The notes under the pieces are model-generated. The model had not been told where the DNA came from. It worked only from the letters and a program-made list of their open reading frames with translations, and made no database searches. Made by a program: the position numbers and the translations under genes. A stretch of DNA of 49,848 nt from the NCBI GenBank assembly GCA_036228265.1, contig JAZAOF010000075.1, forward strand, positions 1 to 49,848. Direction: 5' to 3'. Positions 37,988 through 47,869 of this stretch are shown here, one piece after another (the stretch's first letter is position 1; each line of letters begins with the position of its first letter). The DNA comes from Myxococcota bacterium. GTDB lineage: Bacteria > Myxococcota_A > UBA9160 > UBA4427.

Positions 37988-38712
37988 GCGAGTCTCCGGT
38001 AGCGATCGTCACCGGGGCCGCGACCGGCATCGGAGCGGCGTGCGCCCGGAAATTGGCGGCGGAAGGTTTCCAGGTGGGTATTCACTACCGCTCGAGCGCC
38101 GAGAAGGCGGAAAAACTTCTTTCGGAGATACCGGGGGCATTTGGCCTGCGAGCCGACCTTTCCAATGCCGAAGAGATCGACGCAATGATCAAGGAGATCA
38201 AGAACGGCCCCGGGCGTGTCGACGTTCTGGTCAACAACGCCGGTTACAACGAGAACGCCCCGATGCTCACCATGAAGCTCGACGCCTACGACGCGGTAGC
38301 CGGATTGGCCCGCGGAACCTGGTACCTGACGAAGCTCGTTCTCCGGCGATTCATGTTGCGCAAGGAGTCGGGCCGGATCGTCAACATTTCGAGCGTGGTG
38401 GGTTCTACCGGCAACCCCGGCCAGATCCCGTACACGATGGTGAAGGCTGGATTGGATGCGTTTACCAAGTCTCTCGCCCAGGAGCTCGCGGGACGGGAGA
38501 TTCTCGTGAACTCCGTTGCGCCGGGTTTCATCGAAACGGAAATGACCGGCGAACTGCCCGAGGAGATCCAGGCGGGGATCCTGGCTCGAATTCCCCAGGG
38601 TCGAATGGGTCCGCCGGAGGAAGTCGCGGACGTCGTGTGCTTTCTCGCCAGCCGTGCGAGCTATGTCAACGGCTGCGTGCTTCATGTGAACGGAGGGCTC
38701 TATGGGGGATGA
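37984..38712 (+). CDS. fabG: 3-oxoacyl-ACP reductase
   Basis: TGAATGIG, NNAG, ISSVVG..GNPGQ, YTMVK, APGFIETEMT. Confidence 0.9.
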   Translation: MSESPVAIVTGAATGIGAACARKLAAEGFQVGIHYRSSAEKAEKLLSEIPGAFGLRADLSNAEEIDAMIKEIKNGPGRVDVLVNNAGYNENAPMLTMKLDAYDAVAGLARGTWYLTKLVLRRFMLRKESGRIVNISSVVGSTGNPGQIPYTMVKAGLDAFTKSLAQELAGREILVNSVAPGFIETEMTGELPEEIQAGILARIPQGRMGPPEEVADVVCFLASRASYVNGCVLHVNGGLYGG

Positions 38713-39169
38713 ACGGCTGAATTTTGGCCCCGCCGAGGTCCTGGCGGCGCTTCCGCAGCAGGAACCGTTCCGCTTTCTCGACGAAATCGTAGAGCTCGAT
38801 GACGAACATATCGTGGCTCGATACACGTTCCGCGAGGAGGCGGACTTCTACCGAGGACATTTCCCCGGAAATCCCCTTACCCCGGGCGTGATCCTGGTGG
38901 AGACCATGGCCCAGGCTGGTGTCGTGGCCTTGGGTCTCTATCTTGCTTCCCATGAACTTCCCCGGGAGGAATTCGAGAAACTCGTGACCGTTTTCACCGA
39001 CGCCAACGTGGAGTTCAGCGGGAGCGTGTATCCCGGAGATCGGGTGACGTGCGTGGGCCGCAAGGTCTTCTTTCGCAGGCGGAAACTACGGTCGGAGGTG
39101 GAGCTTCGGCTCGATGACGGCTCGGTCGTGTGTTCCGGAGTGCTTTCGGGGATGGGGGTCGCTCAATGA
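38702..39169 (+). CDS. fabZ: 3-hydroxyacyl-ACP dehydratase, FabZ-like
   Basis: LPQQEPFRFLD, GHFPGNPLTPGVILVETMAQ (His/Glu). Confidence 0.85.
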   Translation: MGDERLNFGPAEVLAALPQQEPFRFLDEIVELDDEHIVARYTFREEADFYRGHFPGNPLTPGVILVETMAQAGVVALGLYLASHELPREEFEKLVTVFTDANVEFSGSVYPGDRVTCVGRKVFFRRRKLRSEVELRLDDGSVVCSGVLSGMGVAQ

Positions 39170-40446
39170 GCCGCCGCGTCGTCGTGACGGGCATGGGGGT
39201 GGTGGCTCCGAACGCCAACGGCGTCTCGGAGTTCGATGACGCGCTGCGAAAGGGGCGGTCGGGGATTCGATTCGTCCCGGAAATGGAAGAGCGTGGATTC
39301 GGTTGCCACGTGGCCGGGGCACCCCAGGGCGTGGATGCGATCGCAGAAGCCACATTCGAGGAGGAAGAACTTCTCGTGATGAATGTCAGCCAGCGCTACG
39401 CGAGCCTTGCCGCGCTGGAGGCCTGGACCGATGCGGGCCTGGAACGCCCCGATCCGAAAGACGATCGTGTGAACTGGGACACGGGCGCAGTTCTCGGAAC
39501 CGGGATCGGCGGGATGGACACGACCGCCGATCGCATCGTCCCGTTTGTCAATGCGAAGAAAGTGCGCCGCCTGGGTTCGACGGCTGTTGAGCAGGTCATG
39601 GCCAGCGGAATTTCGGCCCGGGTTTCCGGACAACTCGCCCTTGGGAACCAGGTCACGACGAACTCGAGTGCGTGCAGCACCGGTAGCGAGGCCGTTGCCA
39701 TTGGAGCGGAACGGATTCGACTCGGGTTGGCCGAGCGGATGGTTTGCGGCGGATCCGAGGCAGCGAACGTCTACATCTGGTCCGGATTTGACGCGATGCG
39801 CGTGTTGTCTCGAAAATTCAACGACGAGCCGGAGAAGGCCTCCAGGCCGCTCTCCGCATCGGCCGCCGGGTTCGTCCCAGGGTCCGGGGCTGGGGTATTG
39901 GTCCTTGAGAGTCTCGAGAGTGCCGAGGCGCGCGGGGCCCCCATCCACGCGGAGATCCTGGGAGCGGCGATCAACTGCGGAGGTCACCGGGCGGGCGGTA
40001 GTATGACCGCGCCCAACCCCGACGGGGTCCGGAGGTGTATTCAGCAGGCCCTGGAGGCGGCGTCGATCGAAGCGGAATCCGTCGACGCCCTCAACGGGCA
40101 CCTGACGGCTACGGGGGCGGATCCCCGCGAGGTGGAGTCCTGGTCGATCGCCCTGGGCCGGGGCCCGGGGGAACTGCCGCCCATCACCGCGACGAAATCC
40201 ATGATCGGGCACGGACTTGGAGCGGCCGGAGGGCTGGAAGCCGTTGCCAGTGTGCTGATGCTTCGCGGCGGCTACCTTCACCCCTGTCTCAATTCCGAAG
40301 ATGTTCATCCCGAGATCGAGCCCTTCGCGGGGTCGATCTCGCAAGAGACGCGGGAGATGACCGATCTCCGGATAATGATGAAGGCGAGTTTTGGTTTTGG
40401 GGATGTGAATGCCTGCCTCGTCTTTGAAAAATGGATCAACGACTGA
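39166..40446 (+). CDS. Beta-ketoacyl-ACP synthase (FabF/FabB-like)
   Basis: RRVVVTG, SSACSTG, NGHLTAT, KSMIGH, SFGFG. Confidence 0.92.
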   Translation: MSRRVVVTGMGVVAPNANGVSEFDDALRKGRSGIRFVPEMEERGFGCHVAGAPQGVDAIAEATFEEEELLVMNVSQRYASLAALEAWTDAGLERPDPKDDRVNWDTGAVLGTGIGGMDTTADRIVPFVNAKKVRRLGSTAVEQVMASGISARVSGQLALGNQVTTNSSACSTGSEAVAIGAERIRLGLAERMVCGGSEAANVYIWSGFDAMRVLSRKFNDEPEKASRPLSASAAGFVPGSGAGVLVLESLESAEARGAPIHAEILGAAINCGGHRAGGSMTAPNPDGVRRCIQQALEAASIEAESVDALNGHLTATGADPREVESWSIALGRGPGELPPITATKSMIGHGLGAAGGLEAVASVLMLRGGYLHPCLNSEDVHPEIEPFAGSISQETREMTDLRIMMKASFGFGDVNACLVFEKWIND

Positions 40447-40473
40447 TCGAGTGAACCGAGGGAGATTCTCGAG

Positions 40474-40722
40474 ATGGAAGAGAAACAGATCATGGAGAGC
40501 GTCGTCAAGATACTGACGCCGTGGGTGAAGAACGAAGACGCCCTCGCGTCGGTTGCGATGGAGACGAACATCCTGGACGACCTGAAAGTCAACTCCGCGC
40601 GGCTGGTGGACGTGGTGATTGCTTTCGAGGACGAGTTCGATATCGAAATCGAGGACGAAGACGTCGATTCTGTCAATACGGTGGGTGACGCGGTCAAGCT
40701 GATTGGATCGAAACTCGGTTGA
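40474..40722 (+). CDS. Acyl carrier protein (NS-type motif)
   Basis: 82 aa acidic; DDLKVNSARLVDVV..FEDEFDIEI...TVGD. Confidence 0.9.
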   Translation: MEEKQIMESVVKILTPWVKNEDALASVAMETNILDDLKVNSARLVDVVIAFEDEFDIEIEDEDVDSVNTVGDAVKLIGSKLG

Positions 40723-40762
40723 TGCCTCGCCGCCGTCTACGGGTACCGGTGCAGATCCTTCT

Positions 40763-41548
40763 GTGAATCGGAGCCCAAAAGAGGGCACGCTCTTGGACGG
40801 AGCCGCGATACAGCCGGAGTTCAATTTTCGGCACGCGTTGCAACGCGAACTGGGTCGGCTCCTGGCTCCGCTTTGGGTTCCGTGCGTGGCGCTCTACCTC
40901 TGGTCGGTAAAACGCTACCGGATCCAGGGAGTCCAGGAGTCGCGCCGAGCCTTTGCGCGTTTTCGTCGGGAGAGCGACGCACCGATTCTCGTATGTGCCA
41001 ACCACCTGACACTGATCGACTCGATGCTCGTCGCTCTCGCCCTCGTGCCGGTTTGGAAGCTGACCTTCTTTTTTGACTGGATGCCGTGGAATACGCCGGA
41101 ACGAACGAATTTTGCCTCGGGATGGGGCATGCGCTTTCTGACCTATCTTGCGAAGTGTATTCCGATCACCCGGGGCGGGCGTCGCGAAGACGTGGCCACC
41201 GTGTTGGACCGGCTGGGCCGCTTGACGCGCCGCGGAGAGTTGGCACTCGTCTTTCCCGAAGGCGGACGGAGCCGAACCGGGCGCGTCGACGTCGATGCGG
41301 CTGCGTGGGGGGTCGGTCGTGTTATCGGTTCCATACCGGGCTGTCGTGTTGTGTGCGTCTACCTCCGCGGTCGGGTCCAGGAAAACTGGAGCGATTTCCC
41401 AGTGACCGGCGAAAGTTTCGACGTAGAGGTGGCCTGCATTGAACCGAAGTCCGATTCGCGCGGCGCCCGCCGCTCTCGAGACCTGGCGCGTCAGGTCGTC
41501 TCCCAGCTGGTTCGCATGGAGGAGCGGGTTCTCGATGATCGGCAATGA
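40763..41548 (+). CDS. PlsC-family (lyso)phospholipid acyltransferase; start uncertain
   Basis: NHLTLID (Hx4D), FPEGGRS. Confidence 0.88.
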   Translation: MNRSPKEGTLLDGAAIQPEFNFRHALQRELGRLLAPLWVPCVALYLWSVKRYRIQGVQESRRAFARFRRESDAPILVCANHLTLIDSMLVALALVPVWKLTFFFDWMPWNTPERTNFASGWGMRFLTYLAKCIPITRGGRREDVATVLDRLGRLTRRGELALVFPEGGRSRTGRVDVDAAAWGVGRVIGSIPGCRVVCVYLRGRVQENWSDFPVTGESFDVEVACIEPKSDSRGARRSRDLARQVVSQLVRMEERVLDDRQ

Positions 41549-42173
41549 CGTCGTTGATCTCTGCGATCGGGATGCCGATTCCGCGACCTTTTCCGCGCGT
41601 TTCGACGAGCGGGTCTTTGCCCCATCGGAAAGGTCGCGCATCGCCATGTCCGCGGATCCCGAGAACTGTCGCTGGCGCATGTGGTCGGCAAAGGAAGCGG
41701 CCTACAAGGCTGCCCGGAAGGCGGATCCCACGGTCCTCTTTTCGCCGAAGCGATTCGAGGTCCGATTTTCGGAAACCGACTCCCCGGGCGCGGAAATTTG
41801 CCTCGGCTCCACGAATCCTTCACGGATCGAGGTCCAATTTTTTTCCGAGGGATCTTCGGTACACGCCGTGGCTCTTTCTCCAGGATGGAAGCACGCGAGG
41901 GTCGTTCACGGGTGCGAGCGGATTTCGACCGATTCGATGGGAACGTCTCGTTCGTTCGGTCCGGGAAACGCCGCGCGCCGGCTGGCGCTTCAGCGCCTGG
42001 CCCGGGCCTTGGAGTTTCGGCGGGACCAACTCGAGATCCGCCGTGAAGACAGGATCCCCGTCCTCTTTGAGAGCGGGCGCCGGGTCGCGGGGAACCTTTC
42101 GCTCTCTCACCATGGGGAGTGGGTGGCCTTTGCGTTCGAGTGCGGAGTGACGACTGGGGAGGCTGCGGAGTGA
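41535..42173 (+). CDS. 4'-phosphopantetheinyl transferase
   Basis: MIGNDVVD, WSAKEAAYKA, LSLSHHG. Confidence 0.9.
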   Translation: MIGNDVVDLCDRDADSATFSARFDERVFAPSERSRIAMSADPENCRWRMWSAKEAAYKAARKADPTVLFSPKRFEVRFSETDSPGAEICLGSTNPSRIEVQFFSEGSSVHAVALSPGWKHARVVHGCERISTDSMGTSRSFGPGNAARRLALQRLARALEFRRDQLEIRREDRIPVLFESGRRVAGNLSLSHHGEWVAFAFECGVTTGEAAE

Positions 42174-45100
42174 GCGGAGCAACCACGGGACCCCGCGAGA
42201 TACGGCGCCTGGCCATCGCGAACCGGGGCGAAGCGGCCCTGCGTTGCATTCGCGCGGCACGATCTCTTGCGGCTCGCGAAGGTACAGTGCTCCAGACGAT
42301 CGCTCTCTATACGGAGGTGGATCGAGATGCCCCCTTCGTGCGTCACGCGGATGTCGCCATCGAGCTTCCGAGTCGAGAGGGCGCGGTGGCGGCCTACCTG
42401 GACCACGATGGCCTGATCGCGGCCTGCCGGGAAGCCGGAGCCGACGCGGTCTGGCCCGGTTGGGGCTTTGTTGCAGAAGATCCGATTTTTGCCGACCGGG
42501 TGGCTTCCGAGGGGATGGTTTTTTTGGGTCCTTCCGGCGAGGCGATGCGAGTTCTCGGCGACAAGATTGCCGCGAAGAAGCTGGCCGAAAGTGCTGGTGT
42601 CCCCGTGACTTCCTGGAGCGGTGGCGAACTCGAGACGGAAGACGACGCCTCGGCGCAGGCGGAATCCATTGGATACCCCATCGTGATCAAGGCCTCGGCC
42701 GGAGGCGGAGGTCGTGGCATTCGGATCGTTCACCAGCCGTTCGAAGTCAAGGAAGCCTTTCGGGCGGCCCGGGCCGAGGCCGAAACCGCCTTCGGGGACA
42801 ACCGCGTGTTCTGCGAAAAACTCGTTGAAGGCGGTCGGCATATCGAGGTGCAGATCGTCGCCGACGCGCACGGGCACGTGATGGCGGTTGGAAGTCGAGA
42901 CTGCTCTGTCCAGCGTCGACACCAGAAGGTCCTGGAAGAAGCGCCGCCTCCGAACCTGTCGGCGGAGGTACTCGAGCCCGTAACTTCAGCGGCTGTTCAA
43001 TTGGCCGAGCGAGTGGGCTACGTCGGCGTGGGCACCGTTGAATTCCTCTTGTCCGGGAGCACCGCCTACTTCCTCGAAATCAATCCCCGGCTGCAGGTCG
43101 AACACGGGATTACCGAGGAAATCACGGGGCTCGACCTCGTCGAGCTGCAGATACGTATCGGTCGGGGTGAGTCCCTCGGCGATCTCACGTGGGAGGAAAG
43201 CGGCGTCGCGATCGAGGCCCGGGTATGCGCCGAGGATCCGGACGCGGGTTTCCTTCCTTCACCGGGACGCATCGTCGTATTCGACCCGTCCCTCGGCCCC
43301 CGCGTACGGCTGGATTCCGGTGTCGCCGCGGGTACCACGGTGCCATCGGATTTCGACTCGCTCATCGCCAAGGTCATTGCGACAGGCAAGGATCGCAACG
43401 AGGCACTCGCGCGACTCGCGTGTGCCCTCGGCGACTTTGAACTGGTGGTCCAGGGAGGAGCCACGAACAAGGGGTATCTCCTGGAATTGCTCGCGAGCGA
43501 CGAGTATCGGCGTGGCGGGGTGGATACGGCGTGGCTGGACCGCTGGGGCGAAGCCCGCGAACGCGAGTCGAGTAGCGACGCCGAAGTCTCGCAAGACGCG
43601 CTGGTTGCGGCCGCGATCCTGGCCTACCAGGATGCCCGGAGCGTCGCGCGTACGAACTTCTACGTCGATACCACTCGGATCACGGGCGACCGGATTCCTC
43701 CGAGCGAGGGTCAACAGATCGACCTTTCGCATGCCGGAGAAGCCTACCGGCTCAAGGTCTACGCCACGGGTTCGTGGCGCTATCGCGTTCATCTCGATGG
43801 GCGCGTGGTCGGGGCGACCATGCGAGAAGAGGGAGCGCAATCGGCGGGGATGATCATCAACGGGCGCCGTCGTCGAATTCTCTACGACCGTACGGATGTG
43901 AGCCTGCGGGTAGAGGTCGACAGCCGTCCCTATCGATTTGGCTGGCAGACCTTGGGCCAGGTCGCTGCGGCAACGCCCTCGGTGGTCGTGGCCATCCACG
44001 TCGGGGTTGGGGACCGTGTCGAGACGGGCGATTCGTTGGGGCTCGTCGAAGCGATGAAAATGGAGGTTTCTTTCCAGGCCCCGGTTTCGGGAGTGATCCG
44101 CGAGATTCGGGTTCGCAAGGGTCAGCAGGTTGCTGCGGGCGAGATCTTGCTCGAGATCGACCCGGCGGGAGAGAGTTCGGACGGCACCGAGGTGCGATCT
44201 CGCCTGGAACTTCCCCGTCAAACGGACCCCCTGGCCCTGTTGTTTCGCGCCGACGGTGACAACCCGTTGGGTGAGCCAGCCCTCGAGGCGGCTGCCGCCG
44301 CGCAAGCCGGACCCATCGACGATGCCATTCGGGCCGCGCGCGAGGAGGTTCGGCGCGTTCTCCTGGGTTACGACGCCAATTCTGAACGGGGCGACAGCCT
44401 CGTGGCTTTTCTCGACGCCCCACTTCCCGAGGATCTCCCGGCCTCCTTTGAGCTCCAATTGGCGGAAATTCGAAGCGAGCTCGCCGTGTTTGCCGACATC
44501 GAGGAACTTTTCATCCGGTCTCCCCGGGCCTCGGTATCGGGAGACCTTGGCCCATCCAACAACGCTCGCTTTCGTATGTACGTGCGTCGCATGCGGGCCG
44601 AGGGCGCAGGGATCGCGCCGGAATTCCTCGACCTGGTAAGGCGCGCTCTTTGGCACTATGGGATCCACGAACTCACGCCGAGCGACGGCCTCGAGCGCGC
44701 GGTGTTGCGGATGCTCGCCAGCGAGCGAGAGCCTTCGCTTCGCCAGCGGCTGGTCTTGGGGATGTTGCACCGCATCGCCGCACTCTCAGAATCCGGCGTG
44801 GACCTGGGTGCCCAAGCTGAACTCCGGGACGCACTGCGTCGAATCACGCGCATGCGCGGACTCCTCCCAGACACGGTTGCCGATGCGGCGAGCGAGGCCC
44901 ACTACCTGATCTTCGAGCGTCCAGAGCTCGAACGCGAGGTCGAGCAGAGTTCCAAGGATCTCGAGGCCTGGCTTGCTCGTGCCGAGTGGCAGCCGACCAA
45001 CCCTTCCGCGAACGTCCTGATGGAGGTGGCCGCCGGGGCCCGTCGCGTTTTCGACCGCGTCGGCCGGTGGATCGGGGCCGCCGATGTCAACCGGCGGGAG

Positions 45101-47815
45101 ATCGCGCTCGCCGCGCACGTCCAGCGGATCTACGCGCCTATCGCGCCCTCGAATCGGCGCCTCTTCAACCAACAGGGGACCGGTATCCAGTCCGCGGAAT
45201 ACGCGGACCGGGGTCTCGTTCTCGCGGCAACGGCCTCCGAAGAAGAAATCGCGATGGTGGCCGAGCGCCTTTGCCTGGCGGGGGCGAGTCTTGCGGCGAA
45301 CGAGCTCGAGACTCCGCTCTACGCCCTTGAACTGGTCGTGCCGTCGGGTTTCGAAGGATCGGCTGAACGTTGGGGCAACGAACTCCCGGTGTTGCTCTCG
45401 GACGCGGGCCTTCGTTGTCGCTTCAGCATTGCTTTCCTGGTTGAAAATGGAAACCACGTCTATCGCAGTTTCCTGCCGGATTCGGACGGTGGCGTCGCGC
45501 TGATGCGCGAGTGCGGAGAGATCCATCCCGAAGTGGCCCACCGCATCGACTTGGAGCGTTTCAAGGAGTTTGAACTCGAAAGAGTTCCCAGCGACGAGGG
45601 GATCTACACGTTCCACGGCCGTGCGCGAAGCATGCCCGGGGACGAGCGTATTTTTGTGCTCGCCGACGTCCAAAGCCGGGTCACCGGGGAAGAGCACGAA
45701 GCGCGGCTTCACCTCGCGACCTTTGAGCGAGCGTTCTACCAGGCGGCTCGTAGTCTCCGCAGTACGCTGCAAAGTCGCGATCCGCGGCGCCGCCTGCACT
45801 GGAATCGGATCGCGCTCTTTTTGGCACCGGAAATTTTCCTGGACCCGGAGATCGCCGACGATCTCGCCAAGCGACTCGCCCCCGCCACGCGTCACCTGGG
45901 CCTGGAGAAGGTGTTGGTTCGGTTGAGCCTGCTCGACCGGAATTCTCCCGAGCGGGCTGCCGAAGTTCGCGAACTGGTGATCACCGAGGCGAGTGGCGAG
46001 GAGATGAAACTCGACTTCCGGGAGCCGCACCACGACCCGTTACGGCCGGCCGCCGACTACGAACGGCAGGTCGTGGCTGCCCGAAGCCGAGGGCTCGTCT
46101 ACCCCTACGAAATCATTCGGATGCTTGCCTCCGACGACGAAACCGATGGGGGGGTCGGATCCAGCGCCCTGATTCCGCGCGGGCGTTTCGAGGAGTTCGA
46201 CGTGGAGTCGAGTCCATCGGGCGTACGCGCCGTAAGCGTTGCGGGGCGCGAATACGGTCGGAACCAAAGCGGTGTCGTCTTCGGGATCATTTCCACGCCC
46301 ACGGGCAAGGTTCCCGAGGGCATGCGACGGGTGCTGGTTCTCTCGGATCCGAACCGGGGTATGGGGTCGCTCGCGGTTGCCGAGTGCGAACGCATCGTCG
46401 CAGCGATCGATCTGGCCGAGCGCGAACAGATTCCGGTTGAGTGGGTCCCGGTCAGTTCGGGAGCGGCGATTGCCATGGACAGTGGCACGGAAAATCTCGA
46501 CGCGACCGCACGGGTCGTGCGTCGGATCGTGACCTTTACGCAAGCGGGTGGGGTCATCCACGTGATCGTCTCGGGGGTCAATGTCGGAGCGCAGAGCTAC
46601 TTCAACGCGCTATCGACGATGCTGATGCACAACCGGGGCATCCTTGTGATGACGCCGGGTGCCTCGATGGTGCTCACCGGTCGAGCCGCCCTCGAAGCCT
46701 CGGGAGCGGTTTCGGCCGAAGACGAAGTCGCCATCGGAGGTTTTGAGCGAATCATGGGGCCCAATGGGCAGGCCCAGTACTACGCCACCAGCCTCGGGGA
46801 CGCGTTTCGCGTCCTCTACGATCACTACCGCTATAGCTATGTCGTACCGGGAGAAACCGGCCCGAGGCGCTTTACGACGACCGACCCAACCGAGCGTTCG
46901 GTGTGCGACTACGCACTCGATGAGGTTGACGGATTCGACTTTGCCCGGGTCGGAGAAATTTTTGACGACCAAAGCAACCCGGGCCGCAAACGTCCCTTTG
47001 CCATGCGGTCGGTCATGCGCGCGGTCATCGACCAGGACGGGGGGCACCTGGAACGCTGGCGGACGATGGTGGGGGCTGAAACGGCGATCTGCTGGGACGC
47101 TCACCTCGGCGGAAATGCCGTGACGATGATTGGGATCGAGAGCCACTCCGTGCCGCGGGAAGGTTACCGATCCTTCGACGGGCCCGAAGCGTGGACCGGG
47201 GGAACCCTGTTTCCGCTCTCTTCGAAGAAGGTGGCGCGCGCCCTCAACTCGGCGAGCGGGATTCGCCCGACGGTGGTCCTGGCCAACCTTTCGGGTTTCG
47301 ACGGGTCTCCCGAGTCCATGCGGAAACTCCAACTGGAGTACGGTGCTGAAATCGCCCGAGCCGTGGTGAACTACGAAGGCCCGTTGCTGTTTCTCGTGGT
47401 GTCGCGGTACCACGGGGGCGCCTACGTGGTCTTTTCCCAGGAACTCAATGACGATCTTCACTCCATGGCGCTCACCGGATCCTTTGCTTCCGTCCTCGGC
47501 GGTGGACCGGCGGCCGCGGTCGTCTTTACCCGCGAGGTACGTGCTCGCGCGCTGGCCGATCCACGGGTAGTGGCCGCGGAGTCGCGGGTTCGGGAGGAGC
47601 GATCGCCTGAGTCCCGCGAATCCCTGGAGGAAACTCTCGCGGACGTGACGTTGGAGGTCCAGGCGGATCTCGCTGCAGAATTCGATCGGATTCACAGCGT
47701 GGAGCGGGCCCAGGAGGTGGGGAGCCTGGAGCGCATCCTGTCGCCCGAAAAAATGCGTCCCGAGTTAATCCGGTGGATCGAGGCCGGGAGCCGGTTCGGT
47801 GGCGAACGGGGCTGA
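42170..47815 (+). CDS. Single-chain multidomain acetyl/acyl-CoA carboxylase (BC-BCCP-central-CT), 1881 aa
   Basis: IANRGE, PGWGFVAE, KASAGGGGRG, CSVQRRHQK, NPRLQVEH; EAMKM at 44048-44062; CT motifs SSGAAI, LANLSGFDG, YHGGAYVV; GTGA overlap. Confidence 0.93.
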   Translation: MSGATTGPREIRRLAIANRGEAALRCIRAARSLAAREGTVLQTIALYTEVDRDAPFVRHADVAIELPSREGAVAAYLDHDGLIAACREAGADAVWPGWGFVAEDPIFADRVASEGMVFLGPSGEAMRVLGDKIAAKKLAESAGVPVTSWSGGELETEDDASAQAESIGYPIVIKASAGGGGRGIRIVHQPFEVKEAFRAARAEAETAFGDNRVFCEKLVEGGRHIEVQIVADAHGHVMAVGSRDCSVQRRHQKVLEEAPPPNLSAEVLEPVTSAAVQLAERVGYVGVGTVEFLLSGSTAYFLEINPRLQVEHGITEEITGLDLVELQIRIGRGESLGDLTWEESGVAIEARVCAEDPDAGFLPSPGRIVVFDPSLGPRVRLDSGVAAGTTVPSDFDSLIAKVIATGKDRNEALARLACALGDFELVVQGGATNKGYLLELLASDEYRRGGVDTAWLDRWGEARERESSSDAEVSQDALVAAAILAYQDARSVARTNFYVDTTRITGDRIPPSEGQQIDLSHAGEAYRLKVYATGSWRYRVHLDGRVVGATMREEGAQSAGMIINGRRRRILYDRTDVSLRVEVDSRPYRFGWQTLGQVAAATPSVVVAIHVGVGDRVETGDSLGLVEAMKMEVSFQAPVSGVIREIRVRKGQQVAAGEILLEIDPAGESSDGTEVRSRLELPRQTDPLALLFRADGDNPLGEPALEAAAAAQAGPIDDAIRAAREEVRRVLLGYDANSERGDSLVAFLDAPLPEDLPASFELQLAEIRSELAVFADIEELFIRSPRASVSGDLGPSNNARFRMYVRRMRAEGAGIAPEFLDLVRRALWHYGIHELTPSDGLERAVLRMLASEREPSLRQRLVLGMLHRIAALSESGVDLGAQAELRDALRRITRMRGLLPDTVADAASEAHYLIFERPELEREVEQSSKDLEAWLARAEWQPTNPSANVLMEVAAGARRVFDRVGRWIGAADVNRREIALAAHVQRIYAPIAPSNRRLFNQQGTGIQSAEYADRGLVLAATASEEEIAMVAERLCLAGASLAANELETPLYALELVVPSGFEGSAERWGNELPVLLSDAGLRCRFSIAFLVENGNHVYRSFLPDSDGGVALMRECGEIHPEVAHRIDLERFKEFELERVPSDEGIYTFHGRARSMPGDERIFVLADVQSRVTGEEHEARLHLATFERAFYQAARSLRSTLQSRDPRRRLHWNRIALFLAPEIFLDPEIADDLAKRLAPATRHLGLEKVLVRLSLLDRNSPERAAEVRELVITEASGEEMKLDFREPHHDPLRPAADYERQVVAARSRGLVYPYEIIRMLASDDETDGGVGSSALIPRGRFEEFDVESSPSGVRAVSVAGREYGRNQSGVVFGIISTPTGKVPEGMRRVLVLSDPNRGMGSLAVAECERIVAAIDLAEREQIPVEWVPVSSGAAIAMDSGTENLDATARVVRRIVTFTQAGGVIHVIVSGVNVGAQSYFNALSTMLMHNRGILVMTPGASMVLTGRAALEASGAVSAEDEVAIGGFERIMGPNGQAQYYATSLGDAFRVLYDHYRYSYVVPGETGPRRFTTTDPTERSVCDYALDEVDGFDFARVGEIFDDQSNPGRKRPFAMRSVMRAVIDQDGGHLERWRTMVGAETAICWDAHLGGNAVTMIGIESHSVPREGYRSFDGPEAWTGGTLFPLSSKKVARALNSASGIRPTVVLANLSGFDGSPESMRKLQLEYGAEIARAVVNYEGPLLFLVVSRYHGGAYVVFSQELNDDLHSMALTGSFASVLGGGPAAAVVFTREVRARALADPRVVAAESRVREERSPESRESLEETLADVTLEVQADLAAEFDRIHSVERAQEVGSLERILSPEKMRPELIRWIEAGSRFGGERG

Positions 47816-47869
47816 GGCCCACCTGCACCCGGCTGAGGTTTGGATATCCTGACAATGGGAGATGGGGAT

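Noticed and set aside
3450-47695. Many long antisense or alternate-frame ORFs (e.g. 4392-6098, 9748-11487, 14476-16398, 33006-35042, 39163-40824)
   Set aside because: Mirror real genes; expected from stop-codon scarcity in high-GC DNA; no family motifs
35452-47815. Aryl polyene, ladderane or PUFA synthase cluster
   Set aside because: No chain-length factor, AMP-ligase, methyltransferase, radical SAM or modular Pfa proteins
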